A DNA stretch of 32,000 nt from Trichodesmium erythraeum IMS101 (GCF_000014265.1 NC_008312.1:4080001-4112000); one strand, 5' to 3'; numbered from the stretch's first letter, positions 19,008 to 28,472 are shown. The notes: generated by a model not told the origin, from the sequence alone. Translations and numbers: made by a program.

Positions 19008-19546
19008 GTTGTTTGAGTAAAAAAATATTCTTTTATCTTCTCATTTTAGTTAAAGCATCCAATTTTTTTTTAATATTTTTTTAATTTAAAATTATCTAAA
19101 CAAACCTTTAACTTTGCTTACAGTTATAATTTTATTTAAATCTAAATAAATTATATAGGATTCGATTCTACAATATATGTTTAAAATTTCTTAGATTACT
19201 TCAATATTCATACCTCCAATATTTAGTTTTTCCATTTCTCCATATTCTTTAACTATATAATAAGTACTCAACCAAATTGGATATAACTTTGATCTTTGAG
19301 GGTGGTGAATAGGAATTTGCGAACTATCCCTTCTTGGAGAAATTGTTGGTATTTATGGAATCATAGAATACTAATCTTAAATTATTATCCCTATTCATTA
19401 TTGTTACTAATTCCTATTTCCTAAGTACAAAAAAATATTTTACGCACAATCTCATTGAAGATCCGTATATAATAAGTAGCAATATAATAGGCCATAAATT
19501 GATGTAATCACCTGGTTATTAAGTTTAAATTATTGAGAACTTTGAT

Positions 19547-20023
19547 ATGATGAAAAAATTTGCTTTATTTATATCTGTTGCTTCAGTTATTTTGACTAAC
19601 AACTTAGTTTTAGCAGGAGAACATGGCGCCAAATGTCTCCATATAGCTAGTAGTAAAATGAAAGGATGTATAGTTATTGTCTCTACAATAGAAAATAGCT
19701 TAATTTTGAATTTTAGGTCTGATAAATATCAAAATGATAATCTGAGGTTGAAAAATAATAGAATTATTGAAATTTCAAGTGGTAAACACGCTCAAAAAAG
19801 AACTAAAGAAACTATTGGAGCAAGTTTAGTGCTTGGTCCTTTAGGAGCATTAGTTGGTTTATTTGGTAAAGAAAAACGGACTCAATTTGCAATTGAATAT
19901 GTGGATACTCAAAACAAAACAAATATCGCTTTTATTGATATTAAGACAAAAGATAGTGAATCTTTAATACAAGACTTAGAAAGTTTGACTGGTTTAAAAA
20001 TTCGGAGTATAGAAAATCCTTAA
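19547..20023 (+). CDS. Small secreted protein of unknown family, paralog A (signal peptide, two Cys, Gly-rich hydrophobic core)
   Basis: 158 aa with the signal-like N-terminus MMKKFALFISVASVILT. It is homologous to 21233-21694: HGA.C...C.V, FR...Q..NL.L.KN.I.EIS.G, and LTGLKI at the C-terminus. Confidence 0.7.
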   Translation: MMKKFALFISVASVILTNNLVLAGEHGAKCLHIASSKMKGCIVIVSTIENSLILNFRSDKYQNDNLRLKNNRIIEISSGKHAQKRTKETIGASLVLGPLGALVGLFGKEKRTQFAIEYVDTQNKTNIAFIDIKTKDSESLIQDLESLTGLKIRSIENP

Positions 20024-20143
20024 TAATGAAGTTAGTAATCAGAGGTAAAAAGTTTTTTCTGTCACGGATATTTTGAGTAACCTTTCAGCAAAATTTTTGC
20101 CTAAAAAGTGAAAAAAATGTATAGTTTTCTACCTAAAATGTAG

Positions 20144-20250
20144 CCTCAATCTTTCAATCTTGAGATATAATTATTATACATTTCTGAAGCTTTTAATTAT
20201 TTGGCTGCAGTTATGAAAAATAAACTAATTAGTTTTATAGCTGCCTTTTT
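20144..20250 (+). pseudogene. 5' stub of the secreted-protein family (leader plus about 12 codons)
   Basis: The 69-nt leader is nearly identical to that of 21233. ATG 20213 gives MKNKLISFIAAF, after which homology is lost. Confidence 0.7.
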
Positions 20251-20452
20251 TTTCCAAACTATTATGAATATTTATCAACTATAGGAATCTTAAATTTTAT
20301 GTAAAATTATTAGGATTATTAAAAAATGGTTCTCACCCCTGTAAATTTAGCATAATTGCCTTTTACCTCCTCTCTTCAAGCTGCCTAAATCTTTTATTCT
20401 TGAAATAAGATTATTATATATTTCTGAAGCTATTAATTATTTTGCTGGAGTT

Positions 20453-20730
20453 ATGAAAAATAAATTAATTAGTTGAATATCTGCTTTTTTATTGGTTTTT
20501 CCTATTAAAATTTCCTGGGTAAGAACTCACAGCACTTACTATTTAAATCAGGATAATAGGAATTTAAAACTATCTAAAATGACTATAGATACGGATGATA
20601 AAAGTTTAAATATAGAGTTTAGCTAGGAAAAATTTTAAGCTGCTAAGTTTAATTGAAATAAAAATAAAATTACAGAAATTCATACAGGAAAGTATCCTAA
20701 AAATCAAGTCAAAAAAAAATCATATTATTG
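20453..20730 (+). pseudogene. Pseudogene copy of the secreted-protein family
   Basis: It aligns codon-for-codon with 21233-21694: MKNKLIS*ISAFLLVFP..VRTHSTYYLNQ..TIDTDDKSLNIEFS*EKF*AAKFN*NKNKITEIHTGKYPKNQV. There are 4 or more in-frame stops, both conserved Cys are lost, and the 3' part is deleted. Confidence 0.85.
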
Positions 20731-21163
20731 GTGAAAAATTATGGTTATAGTTCAAAAAAATAGAGTAAAAGTAATAGTAAAAATTGAGCTTTTAAGACAA
20801 TATTTTTCAAGTTTTTGCAATGGATATTTTGAGTAATATTTCCCAAAAAAGTTAGCCTCAAATGCGTTTTTTTAAACGATTTTTTTTGCTAAAGCTATTC
20901 TGAGTATTTATAATGAGTATTTACAAAATATAGCAATCTTAAATTTTATGTAAAATCACTAGACTTGTTAAAAAATAGTTCCAACTCCTGTGGCTTCAGT
21001 ATAATATTGTATCTGGATAATAAGTTATCCAAAAACTAACGACTGTAAATACAAATTTTATCCTTCTGCTGAGAGCCACAGATCCTCCTACCTTATTACC
21101 TCTAAAGTGTAATTATTCAACTCGACATGATATAAGTGTCTCCTGCTTGCTCCCTCAGAGCAA

Positions 21164-21232
21164 CCTCAATTTTTCACTCTTGAGATAGAATTATTATATA
21201 TTTCTGAAGCGGTTAATTATTTTACTGGAGTT
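21164..21232 (+). promoter_or_regulatory. Conserved leader or promoter region of the secreted-protein family
   Basis: The same 69 nt precede the ATGs at 20213, 20453 and 21233. They contain a -10-like hexamer (tagaat / tataat), a ctcaa...ttgag hairpin and GGAG 7 nt before the ATG. Confidence 0.4.
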
Positions 21233-21694
21233 ATGAAAAATAAATTAATTAGTTTGATCTCTGCTTTTTCATTAGTTTTTCCTGTTAACATTGCCTTGGT
21301 AAGAACTCACGGCGCTTATTGTTTAAATCAGAATAATGGGGAGTTAAAACCATGTGCAGTGACTATAGATACAGATGCTAGAACTCTGGATATAAAGTTT
21401 AGAAAGAAAGAATTTCAAGATGCTAACTTAAATTTAACAAAAAATGATATTACAGAAATTTCTACAGGACAGTATGCTAAAAGTCAAGTAGAAAAAAGTG
21501 TCGCTAAGGGTCTTCTTTCTCCTCTTGGTGGGATAATTAGTGCAATAGATAAACAGGCTAGAATTCAAGTCGCAATTGTTTATTGGGATGACCAAAATAA
21601 TCAAAATGTAACTGTTATTGATGTTCGTAGTCGAGATGCTCTTTTGTTTAGAACAGACCTGGAACTTATGACTGGATTAAAAATTAAGAGGTAA
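21233..21694 (+). CDS. Small secreted protein of unknown family, paralog D
   Basis: 153 aa with an ATG start and a signal-like N-terminus. It is homologous to 19547-20023. Confidence 0.7.
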   Translation: MKNKLISLISAFSLVFPVNIALVRTHGAYCLNQNNGELKPCAVTIDTDARTLDIKFRKKEFQDANLNLTKNDITEISTGQYAKSQVEKSVAKGLLSPLGGIISAIDKQARIQVAIVYWDDQNNQNVTVIDVRSRDALLFRTDLELMTGLKIKR

Positions 21695-21859
21695 AGATTA
21701 ATAAAGTTAAAGGTTATAAGTCAGAAGTTATTTTTATAACAAAGATTTAGAGTAAATATATAAAAATATTTTGTCTTCAAAAGGTAGGTTTATACTATTT
21801 ATACAAAACTTTTAACCATCGCTTTTGATTAAGGTTAGGGGTATTGAATGTAACCTATT

Positions 21860-21948
21860 TAGGGAGTAGGGGAGAGGTAAATATTTATTAAACCAACATT
21901 AATTTAACTAAGGTAAGTAATAAAATTATTCTTTTTATGAATTACTTA
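21860..21948. repeat. Dispersed intergenic repeat, diverged copy R3
   Basis: agggagtaggggagaggtaaat ... aacattaatttaactaaggtaagtaataaaattattctttttatgaattac parallels R1 and R2 with lower identity. Confidence 0.45.
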
Positions 21949-22591
21949 ATAACTGAGTTACTACTTAAGTATAGCATTAATTCCTGGTAATTTTTATTGT
22001 CTATAATCTCCGTAATTATTTTTTTTATTAACAAGAAAGTCATGAATAAAAAAAATAGACAAAAATGGGAATATTTAAGCAAATAAATTGTTATAGATTA
22101 GACCTATTACGATCTGTTTTAATATTTTAAATGGTCAATAAATTCATAATTATTGGTATTAGGAAAATTACCAGTTTTAAGATGAAAAAAACATAATTTT
22201 TCATGACTAATTGAGATTAATACTAGCCAATTATTATCTCAATTATTCTAGATTGATAAAATATTGATCACATCCATTACTATATCAATTAATTTATTAA
22301 TAGCAAAGATAAACTTTAAAACAATCTAAATAATAGCCAATAATAGAGAAAAGAGTTGATAAGATATAAAATTATTTTTTCCTTTGCCAAAAATACCAGA
22401 AAGTAGGACTGATTCATGGGGGTACCCGGTTTCTAGAGTAATTTTTTATTTTTAACAAAAGATATCCAGGTTTCTGGGTTCGCCTGGGTAAGTTATGATA
22501 AGTTAAAAAAACTGGAAAAAAAATATATTATCTTCTAATATTCAGTTAGTATTAACATTAATTTTGAGAATATAATTAAAGGTATAATTAT

Positions 22592-23863
22592 ATGAGTCCA
22601 GAAACAATAGTTCAGCAGTCTTTAGAAACATCTAATGCATATACAACATTTAGTGCTGACAACTTTAACACTTATGTAATGAACACTTATGGGCGTTTCC
22701 CCATTGCCATCGAACGGGGCGAAGGTTGTCGTGTTTGGGATACAGAAGGAAAAGAATATCTGGATTTTGTTGCTGGAATTGCTACCTGCACTCTCGGTCA
22801 CGCTCACCCGGTGATGATGGCAACAGTGTCAGAACAAATTAAAAGATTGCATCATGTATCTAATCTATACTATATTCCAGTTCAGGGAGAATTAGCACAA
22901 TGGTTAATACAACACTCCTGTGCTGATAAAGCATTTTTCTGTAATTCTGGAGCAGAAGCCAACGAAGGAGCAATTAAACTTGCCCGTAAATATGCCCACG
23001 AAAAGTTAAACATCGAAAATCCAACAATTTTGACTGCCCATGCTAGCTTCCATGGAAGAACTCTGGCAACTATGACCGCAACTGGACAACCGAAATATCA
23101 CAAAGGTTTTAGCCCGTTAATGCCAGGGTTTTATTATGTGCCCTACAATGATATTGCTGCGATAGAAAGTGCGATCGAAGAATTAGACAAAGACAAACGA
23201 CAAGTTGCAGCTATTATGCTAGAAGCACTACAGGGAGAAGGTGGTATTCGCCCCGGTGATATGACTTACTTCAAAAGAATTAGAGAAATTTGTAATGAGA
23301 AAGGCATTCTTTTAATATTAGATGAAGTACAAGCAGGAATGGGGCGTAGTGGCAAAATTTGGGGATATGAAAATCTTGGCATTGAACCAGATATTTTCAC
23401 TTCTGCTAAGGGGTTAGGTGGTGGTATTCCCATCGGTGCAATGTTATGTAAATCTCACTGTGATGTGTTTGAACCAGGCAGTCATGCTAGCACGTTTGGT
23501 GGAAACCCTTTTGCTTGTGCGGTAGCATTGGCGGTTTGTCATACTTTGGAACAAGAAAATTTATTGGCAAATGTACAGCAGAGGGGGGATGAGTTACGGA
23601 TAGAATTAAAGGCTATTGCAGATAAGTATCCTAACTTGTTTAGCGAAGTTCGAGGTTGGGGTTTAATTAATGGTCTGGAGTTAAATGCCACGGCAACTTT
23701 AACTTCTATTGATATAGTTAAAGCGGCTATGAATGAGGGGTTGTTAATTGTGCCAGCGGGTCCAAAGGTTTTACGGTTTGTACCTCCACTGATAGTTACT
23801 GAGACTGAAGTGAAGGAAGCTATGGATCTTTTGGCAAAGGCGATCGCTAATACTGTTAATTAG
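22592..23863 (+). CDS. argD: Acetylornithine aminotransferase (class III PLP aminotransferase)
   Basis: 423-aa ORF with an ATG start. It has the motifs FCNSGAEANEGAIKLARKY, LDEVQAGMGRSGK and SAKGLGGG (PLP lysine). Confidence 0.9.
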   Translation: MSPETIVQQSLETSNAYTTFSADNFNTYVMNTYGRFPIAIERGEGCRVWDTEGKEYLDFVAGIATCTLGHAHPVMMATVSEQIKRLHHVSNLYYIPVQGELAQWLIQHSCADKAFFCNSGAEANEGAIKLARKYAHEKLNIENPTILTAHASFHGRTLATMTATGQPKYHKGFSPLMPGFYYVPYNDIAAIESAIEELDKDKRQVAAIMLEALQGEGGIRPGDMTYFKRIREICNEKGILLILDEVQAGMGRSGKIWGYENLGIEPDIFTSAKGLGGGIPIGAMLCKSHCDVFEPGSHASTFGGNPFACAVALAVCHTLEQENLLANVQQRGDELRIELKAIADKYPNLFSEVRGWGLINGLELNATATLTSIDIVKAAMNEGLLIVPAGPKVLRFVPPLIVTETEVKEAMDLLAKAIANTVN

Positions 23864-23932
23864 GTGGATCTTTCTCAAACCCGCTAAAAGTCTTAGTGTT
23901 GTCAGATAAAGACAGCGCTTTTTTTGGTATAT

Positions 23933-23984
23933 AAAAAATGCTAGCTTTTTGATTCAAAAAGCTCACATAAGTTAGCATTTTTTT
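23933..23984 (+). terminator. Candidate intrinsic terminator or nested hairpin downstream of argD
   Basis: The inner stem is agcttttt/aaaaagct (23943-23963). The outer arms are aaaaaatgcta/tagcatttttt, ending in a T-run at about 23978-23984. Confidence 0.4.
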
Positions 23985-24214
23985 GAACCCAGATATTGAG
24001 GGCGGTTACTGTTCAGCTCCTCAGATAATAACTGACATAACTCCTAACCATAACTTATGTAACTATCAACATATATAGTAGAAGTTTTCATGTTGCGGAG
24101 CACTCACGATGGTTAACCCCTACAGATATTCTGTAATTTTCAGATAAGTGGGTAAGTCTTGCTAAACTTACCATCTATATTTTTTCAGTAAACCTTATTT
24201 AACAAGAGAAAACT

Positions 24215-24334
24215 TATGAATGTGATAACTGCAGTTTGAAGGAAGGCAAAGACTTTAATGCTGGGATAAGGAGGGAAAACCCCATGTACAAATTATGTAA
24301 AGAAGTAGCTTTATCTTCTTTGTCTGAAGAGTGA
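24215..24334 (+). pseudogene. Possible decayed InsA-like zinc-finger fragment of an IS1-family element
   Basis: The translation YECDNCSLKEGKDFNAGIRRENPMYKLCKEV has C-x2-C ... YK-x-C spacing reminiscent of IS1-family N-termini. The match is weak. Confidence 0.25.
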
Positions 24335-24473
24335 AGATAAGTTACAGGCTGCGCTCAGTAGCATCAGCGTGAAACACCGAAGCTAGCTCCAAAGCTTATA
24401 CAACCACATGTAGGTAAATTTGGGTAATTTTCTAGAACGGCGCGTTTATGAAATGTAACGCACCATCATCAAC

Positions 24474-24751
24474 TTAGTGTTCTAGTGAATTTATAAATTC
24501 GTCAATGACCTGAAAAAAATCTATATCTTCTCCTTTATTATTCCTTAACTTCTCAAGTTTTTGGTAAATTTCAATTACCTTTTTGTTTTGAGTTGCAAAC
24601 CCTGAAGTTTTGCTCAAATCTATTTCTAGAGAAGGAATAATCAAATCATCAAGAAATGCATCTACCCTTGGATAACTTGGATATTGCTCCTGAATAAATG
24701 CAAAAACTTGGTTGAAAATGTTAGCTGTAACTGGCTGATTTTTTTGTGTTT
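24474..24751 (-). pseudogene. Start-less open frame (about 92 codons) abutting the IS end; probable truncated gene remnant of unknown family
   Basis: The minus-strand frame reads QTQKNQPVTANIFNQVFAFIQEQYPSYPRVDAFLDDLIIPSLEIDLSKTSGFATQNKKVIEIYQKLEKLRNNKGEDIDFFQVIDEFINSLEH*. It has no ATG or GTG, and the upstream stop lies inside the IS terminal repeat. Confidence 0.3.
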
Positions 24752-25168
24752 GGTAGTCCTATATAGCGGTTCTAACTTAAATGAGCTAAACTAAAAGCTG
24801 TAATTAACGAACTGAACTTTTCAGCATAAATAGGATAACAAGGCACACTTACGCTGTGAAATCTACTGCCTGGTGTCTACAGGCAATGTACAAGAGCATT
24901 ATACAGATTTCTGGTCAGCTTATGATGATCGTTTTCCTAATTGTCAGCATAAATTAGTAGGTAAAGAAACTGCTTTAACTACCTACAACGGAAAGATTAA
25001 ATTATACTTAACGTCAAATAATTTCTTGGGAATGTCAGAAAAAACTTGATCTTTTTCTAAAAAAGTGCGAAAATAACTAGGGTTTTACAAAGATATTATA
25101 TTCACCATCACCATTATAATGAAGTGATAGCTTCACCGTAATTTTATCACTACATCTACAGGACTACC
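24752..25168 (+). mobile_element. Internally deleted, frameshifted IS1-family (InsB-like) transposase remnant with terminal inverted repeats
   Basis: The ends GGTAGTCCTATATA (24752) and TCTACAGGACTACC (25155-25168) are inverted, matching at about 12 of 14 positions. The translation LPGVYRQC (frame 1) then HYTDFWSAYDDRFPNCQHKLVGKETALTTY...EKT*SFSKKVRK* matches the conserved C-terminal region of IS1-like transposases (YTDFW.AY, VGK..G.T, RKTLSFSK). Stops and a frameshift are present. Confidence 0.7.
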
Positions 25169-25692
25169 CGAAATTGAATCAGTATTAAAATCAATACCTA
25201 TACAACTATTTTTTCTAGTCTTAACTACTGAAATTTCTTGTAAATTAGTATTTTAGCTTTATTCATTGCTAATTATTGCGATAAATTCAGTCTAGGAGTA
25301 GGTAAGTTTGAATATATATACTTCTTAACCAATTTGACCATCCTTCAAACCTAGATTAATGTATAGATTGACCTTGAATGACTTTTATCAATTTCGACCT
25401 AATATGCTTAGGTACTCTAAGGATATTTCGTCGTTCCCTTATACCTTTATTGCGACTGACAAGTATGAGTTAAAATATCCTGAGAGACTATTCCTGGTTA
25501 TTAACATAGGTCACACGATATCCATGCTCATTAGTCCCCTAACTTTCGTCCTACATTCAGTAGCTACCTTGGGAATAGTTATTGTTTAGGATAGTTTAAT
25601 TACTTTTCTGTTGGTCTGATTAAGAAAAGTATTACTTTGAGGCCAGTAACAAACCAGATATATCGCAACTTTCATGCAAGACAGCCAAAATA

Positions 25693-27018
25693 ATGACTAA
25701 TAAAAATAATCATAAATTCAAACGATTAAAAATATTGCTAGTAATAGGAGTAGCGATCGCCATCTTCTATGTTTTCCTAAGCACAATATTAACCTTGACA
25801 ACTCCAGTCACCATCAAAGCTACACCTGAAAAAAAAGAAGTACGTGGAGTCTGGATAACTAACGTTAGTAGTAACGTATTATTCAGTCCGTGGGCAATTA
25901 ATCGCGCCCTCCGTCAACTTTCTCAACTCAACTTCAACACAGTTTATCCTGTCACCTGGAACCGAGGTAACACCTTTTACCCCAGTGACGTCGCCAAAAA
26001 AATCATAGGTCAACCTCAAGACCCAACTCTAACTGCATTTCGCCTTGGTCAAGATGTACTCAGAGAAATATTTCAACAGTCCCATCGCCAAGGTTTACGA
26101 GTTATCCCTTGGTTTGAATATGGTTTCATGGCCCCAATAAACTCTCTGTTAGTCAGACGTCATCCTCAGTGGGTGACAACGAGTCTTGACAAAAATAGAA
26201 ATTTTTCTGAACAATTCTCTGAACTAGAGCTGAAAGATTTACTACCAAAATCAGATGAACAGTCTTTATTAACCCAACTACAGCAGTCGCTATCCATCTA
26301 TAATGTTTGGCTTAATCCCATTCATCCTCAAGTACAAAACTTTATTCTTGAGCTAATATTAGAAGTTGTCAAAAAATACGATGTCGATGGAATTCAAATA
26401 GACGATCGCTTTGGAATGCCAGTACAATTTGGCTACGATCCAATGACAATTTACCTTTATCAAGAACAGCATCAGGGAAAAAAGCCTCCAGAAAATTTTA
26501 CAGATCCAGAATGGATGCAATGGCGGGCAAATCAAATTACTGCTTTCATAGAAAGACTTTACAAATCTATCAAAGCTGTTAAACCTAACTGTATTGTGTC
26601 TTTGTCTTCTAATCCTTATGATTTTGCCTACAAATTATATCTACAAGACTGGCAAACTTGGATCGAGAGAGGTTTAGTAGATGAATTTATTTTGCAGGTG
26701 TACCGAGATGATTTGCCTTCATTCTTAGAAGAGTTAGAACAGCCAGACGTTAAAATTGCTAAAAATAAAATTCCTTTCAGTATTGGTATACTCACAGGGA
26801 CTTTGAAAACAACTATGACAATTGATAAAATTAAACAACAGGTAAAAGCAGTCCGTGAACGACACTTTGCTGGAGTATCTTTTTTCTATTGGGAAACCTT
26901 ATGGAGTTATATGACTCCAGAGTCACCCCAAAAGCGGCGTGTTGCTTTTAAGAAAATGTTTCCCACTTCTGTACACCGTCCTAAATTTGCTCAACCACTT
27001 ACCCCATGGTTGCCCTAA
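25693..27018 (+). CDS. Glycoside hydrolase-like family 10 protein (GHL10 / DUF187, YngK/YddW-like) with an N-terminal membrane anchor
   Basis: 441-aa ORF with an ATG start and an N-terminal TM segment. It has VRGVWITN, WFEYGF and DGIQIDDRFG, typical of this TIM-barrel family. Confidence 0.75.
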   Translation: MTNKNNHKFKRLKILLVIGVAIAIFYVFLSTILTLTTPVTIKATPEKKEVRGVWITNVSSNVLFSPWAINRALRQLSQLNFNTVYPVTWNRGNTFYPSDVAKKIIGQPQDPTLTAFRLGQDVLREIFQQSHRQGLRVIPWFEYGFMAPINSLLVRRHPQWVTTSLDKNRNFSEQFSELELKDLLPKSDEQSLLTQLQQSLSIYNVWLNPIHPQVQNFILELILEVVKKYDVDGIQIDDRFGMPVQFGYDPMTIYLYQEQHQGKKPPENFTDPEWMQWRANQITAFIERLYKSIKAVKPNCIVSLSSNPYDFAYKLYLQDWQTWIERGLVDEFILQVYRDDLPSFLEELEQPDVKIAKNKIPFSIGILTGTLKTTMTIDKIKQQVKAVRERHFAGVSFFYWETLWSYMTPESPQKRRVAFKKMFPTSVHRPKFAQPLTPWLP

Positions 27019-27149
27019 CAAGGTAGTTGGGGTGGTATTACCCCTACAATTTAGTAGTCCCATAAATTACTAACCCCGATTTGTTCAAAGTATACTTATC
27101 AGTGTAGAATCTATAAGTTAGATGTAAAGTTGCTAGAAAATTTTTTTTG

Positions 27150-27743
27150 ATGTCAGTTAGCGAATTATATTACTTTTCTTATAGTACTAAACCCAAAAAC
27201 ACTGGATGGAGTTTTTGTTTGCGGTGGGTATTTTTCACTCTTATTGGCTTTTTGGTCAGCTTAATGTTTGTAGAAGTGGATGTGAAACCTTATGTGGGGG
27301 CTATATCAGGAGCTATGGGTGGTGCTGTGGTGGGATTAGCACAATGGTTGGTGCTAAGAAATCGAATTTTCCAGAGCAGATGGTGGGTTGTAGTCAGTAT
27401 TGTGGCTTGGTTATTAATTGGGGCAAGTAGTTTAGGGGCGTTAGGTTGGATCGCTCCACGAACAGAACAAATTTGGCTGAGGTTGTTTTATGGAGTTATT
27501 AATGGTGCTATTATGGGAGGGATTTTGGGATTAGCTCAATGGTTTGTAGTGAAAAGGCAAATTTCTCGGCCACAGCGATGGATAATGGCAAATATTCTAG
27601 CTTGGGCAATTGGTTTGCCTCTAGGTTGGTTAGTAGGTGGCTTGATCTATGAAGCGATAGGTTTGTTTATTAGTGAGGTTATTGGTTTATTTGTGACATG
27701 GTTTTTTGTTGCCCTAATTACAGGTATTGCTTTGATGCGGTAG
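27150..27743 (+). CDS. Membrane protein with an internal ~45-aa duplication (GLAQW repeat); unknown function
   Basis: The track starts at TTG 27147; the ATG is at 27150. The repeat GAISGAMGGAVVGLAQWLVLRNRIFQSRWWVVVSIVAWLLIGA matches GVINGAIMGGILGLAQWFVVKRQISRPQRWIMANILAWAIGL. Confidence 0.6.
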   Translation: MSVSELYYFSYSTKPKNTGWSFCLRWVFFTLIGFLVSLMFVEVDVKPYVGAISGAMGGAVVGLAQWLVLRNRIFQSRWWVVVSIVAWLLIGASSLGALGWIAPRTEQIWLRLFYGVINGAIMGGILGLAQWFVVKRQISRPQRWIMANILAWAIGLPLGWLVGGLIYEAIGLFISEVIGLFVTWFFVALITGIALMR

Positions 27744-28390
27744 TAAATACAAAGCTTGAACTTTTGAGTTTCCTCTAGTTATCGTTTGGCTGTTCATCAT
27801 CTTTTTTCTTTTTTAGTTGTTCGGGAGTTTCCATATATCAATTTTTACCTAAAATTACCTGAAAGCTAGCACTATAATATTTTATTTAGTACCGATCCCT
27901 CTTTCTGGTGCTAAGTAGTAAGTATATAATTATGACATTGAATCACAATTATATACAAATATAAATAGTTTTACCAAGATATAGTTCCTATTTTATTTAA
28001 GTAATTCCAGGCCAACATGGCACGAGCAGGGGTTGCATAAAAGGAAAATAATTTTAATACTTTTCTCAAATGAGCATCTTGCCTATTCGTTATATTTTTA
28101 GGTTGTTAGAATGTTCGCTCCAATTATATTCATCCCTTAATTTAGCAACACCTTTTTTTTTATACAACTTGAGAATCAAATTTCTCCCTTAATTATCTAA
28201 GTAGCTAGGCATGAAAAAACTTAGCTATATTAAGATTTGTATACTGACTTCAAGCTCCTCTACAAAATTAATTTGAGGTGAATTTACATTTTGTTACATA
28301 GGGACAAATTTCAAAACCGACCTACTTATCAAAGGAGTTCGGCTTGGGAGACTAATTTTCAAGGAGATATCCCATAATTTTTCAGCAGTC

Positions 28391-28461
28391 GGAGCATCTT
28401 GCTCCTATACATGAACGATCAAAATATTCATGTATGTTGGGTTGAGCTAACGAAACACAAC
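28391..28461. repeat. Three consecutive hairpins (decayed short interspersed repeats) just 3' of the aldehyde dehydrogenase gene
   Basis: The hairpins are ggagc-atctt-gctcc (28391-28405), atacatgaa...ttcatgtat (28407-28435) and tgttgggtt...aacacaaca (28434-28461). Confidence 0.6.
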
Positions 28462-28472
28462 ACAGCCAAATA

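Noticed and set aside
19150-19335. Minus-strand open stretch (…IPIHHPQRSKLYPIWLSTYYIVKEYGEMEKLNIGGMNIEVI*) upstream of the DoxX gene, considered as a toxin-antitoxin remnant
   Set aside because: It is only about 55 codons and has no start codon before the last 14 residues. I could not match it to any family motif with confidence.
24752-25168. Simple IS insertion splitting the 24474-24751 gene, with the other half beyond 25169
   Set aside because: The flanks (…tgtgttt | cgaaatt…) show no 8-9 bp target-site duplication. The sequence after 25169 does not continue the frame convincingly.
25359-25589. 76-aa ORF upstream of the GHL10-like gene
   Set aside because: It has no recognisable domain and atypical composition, and it lies in a spacer adjacent to IS debris. 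Kept as unsupported.
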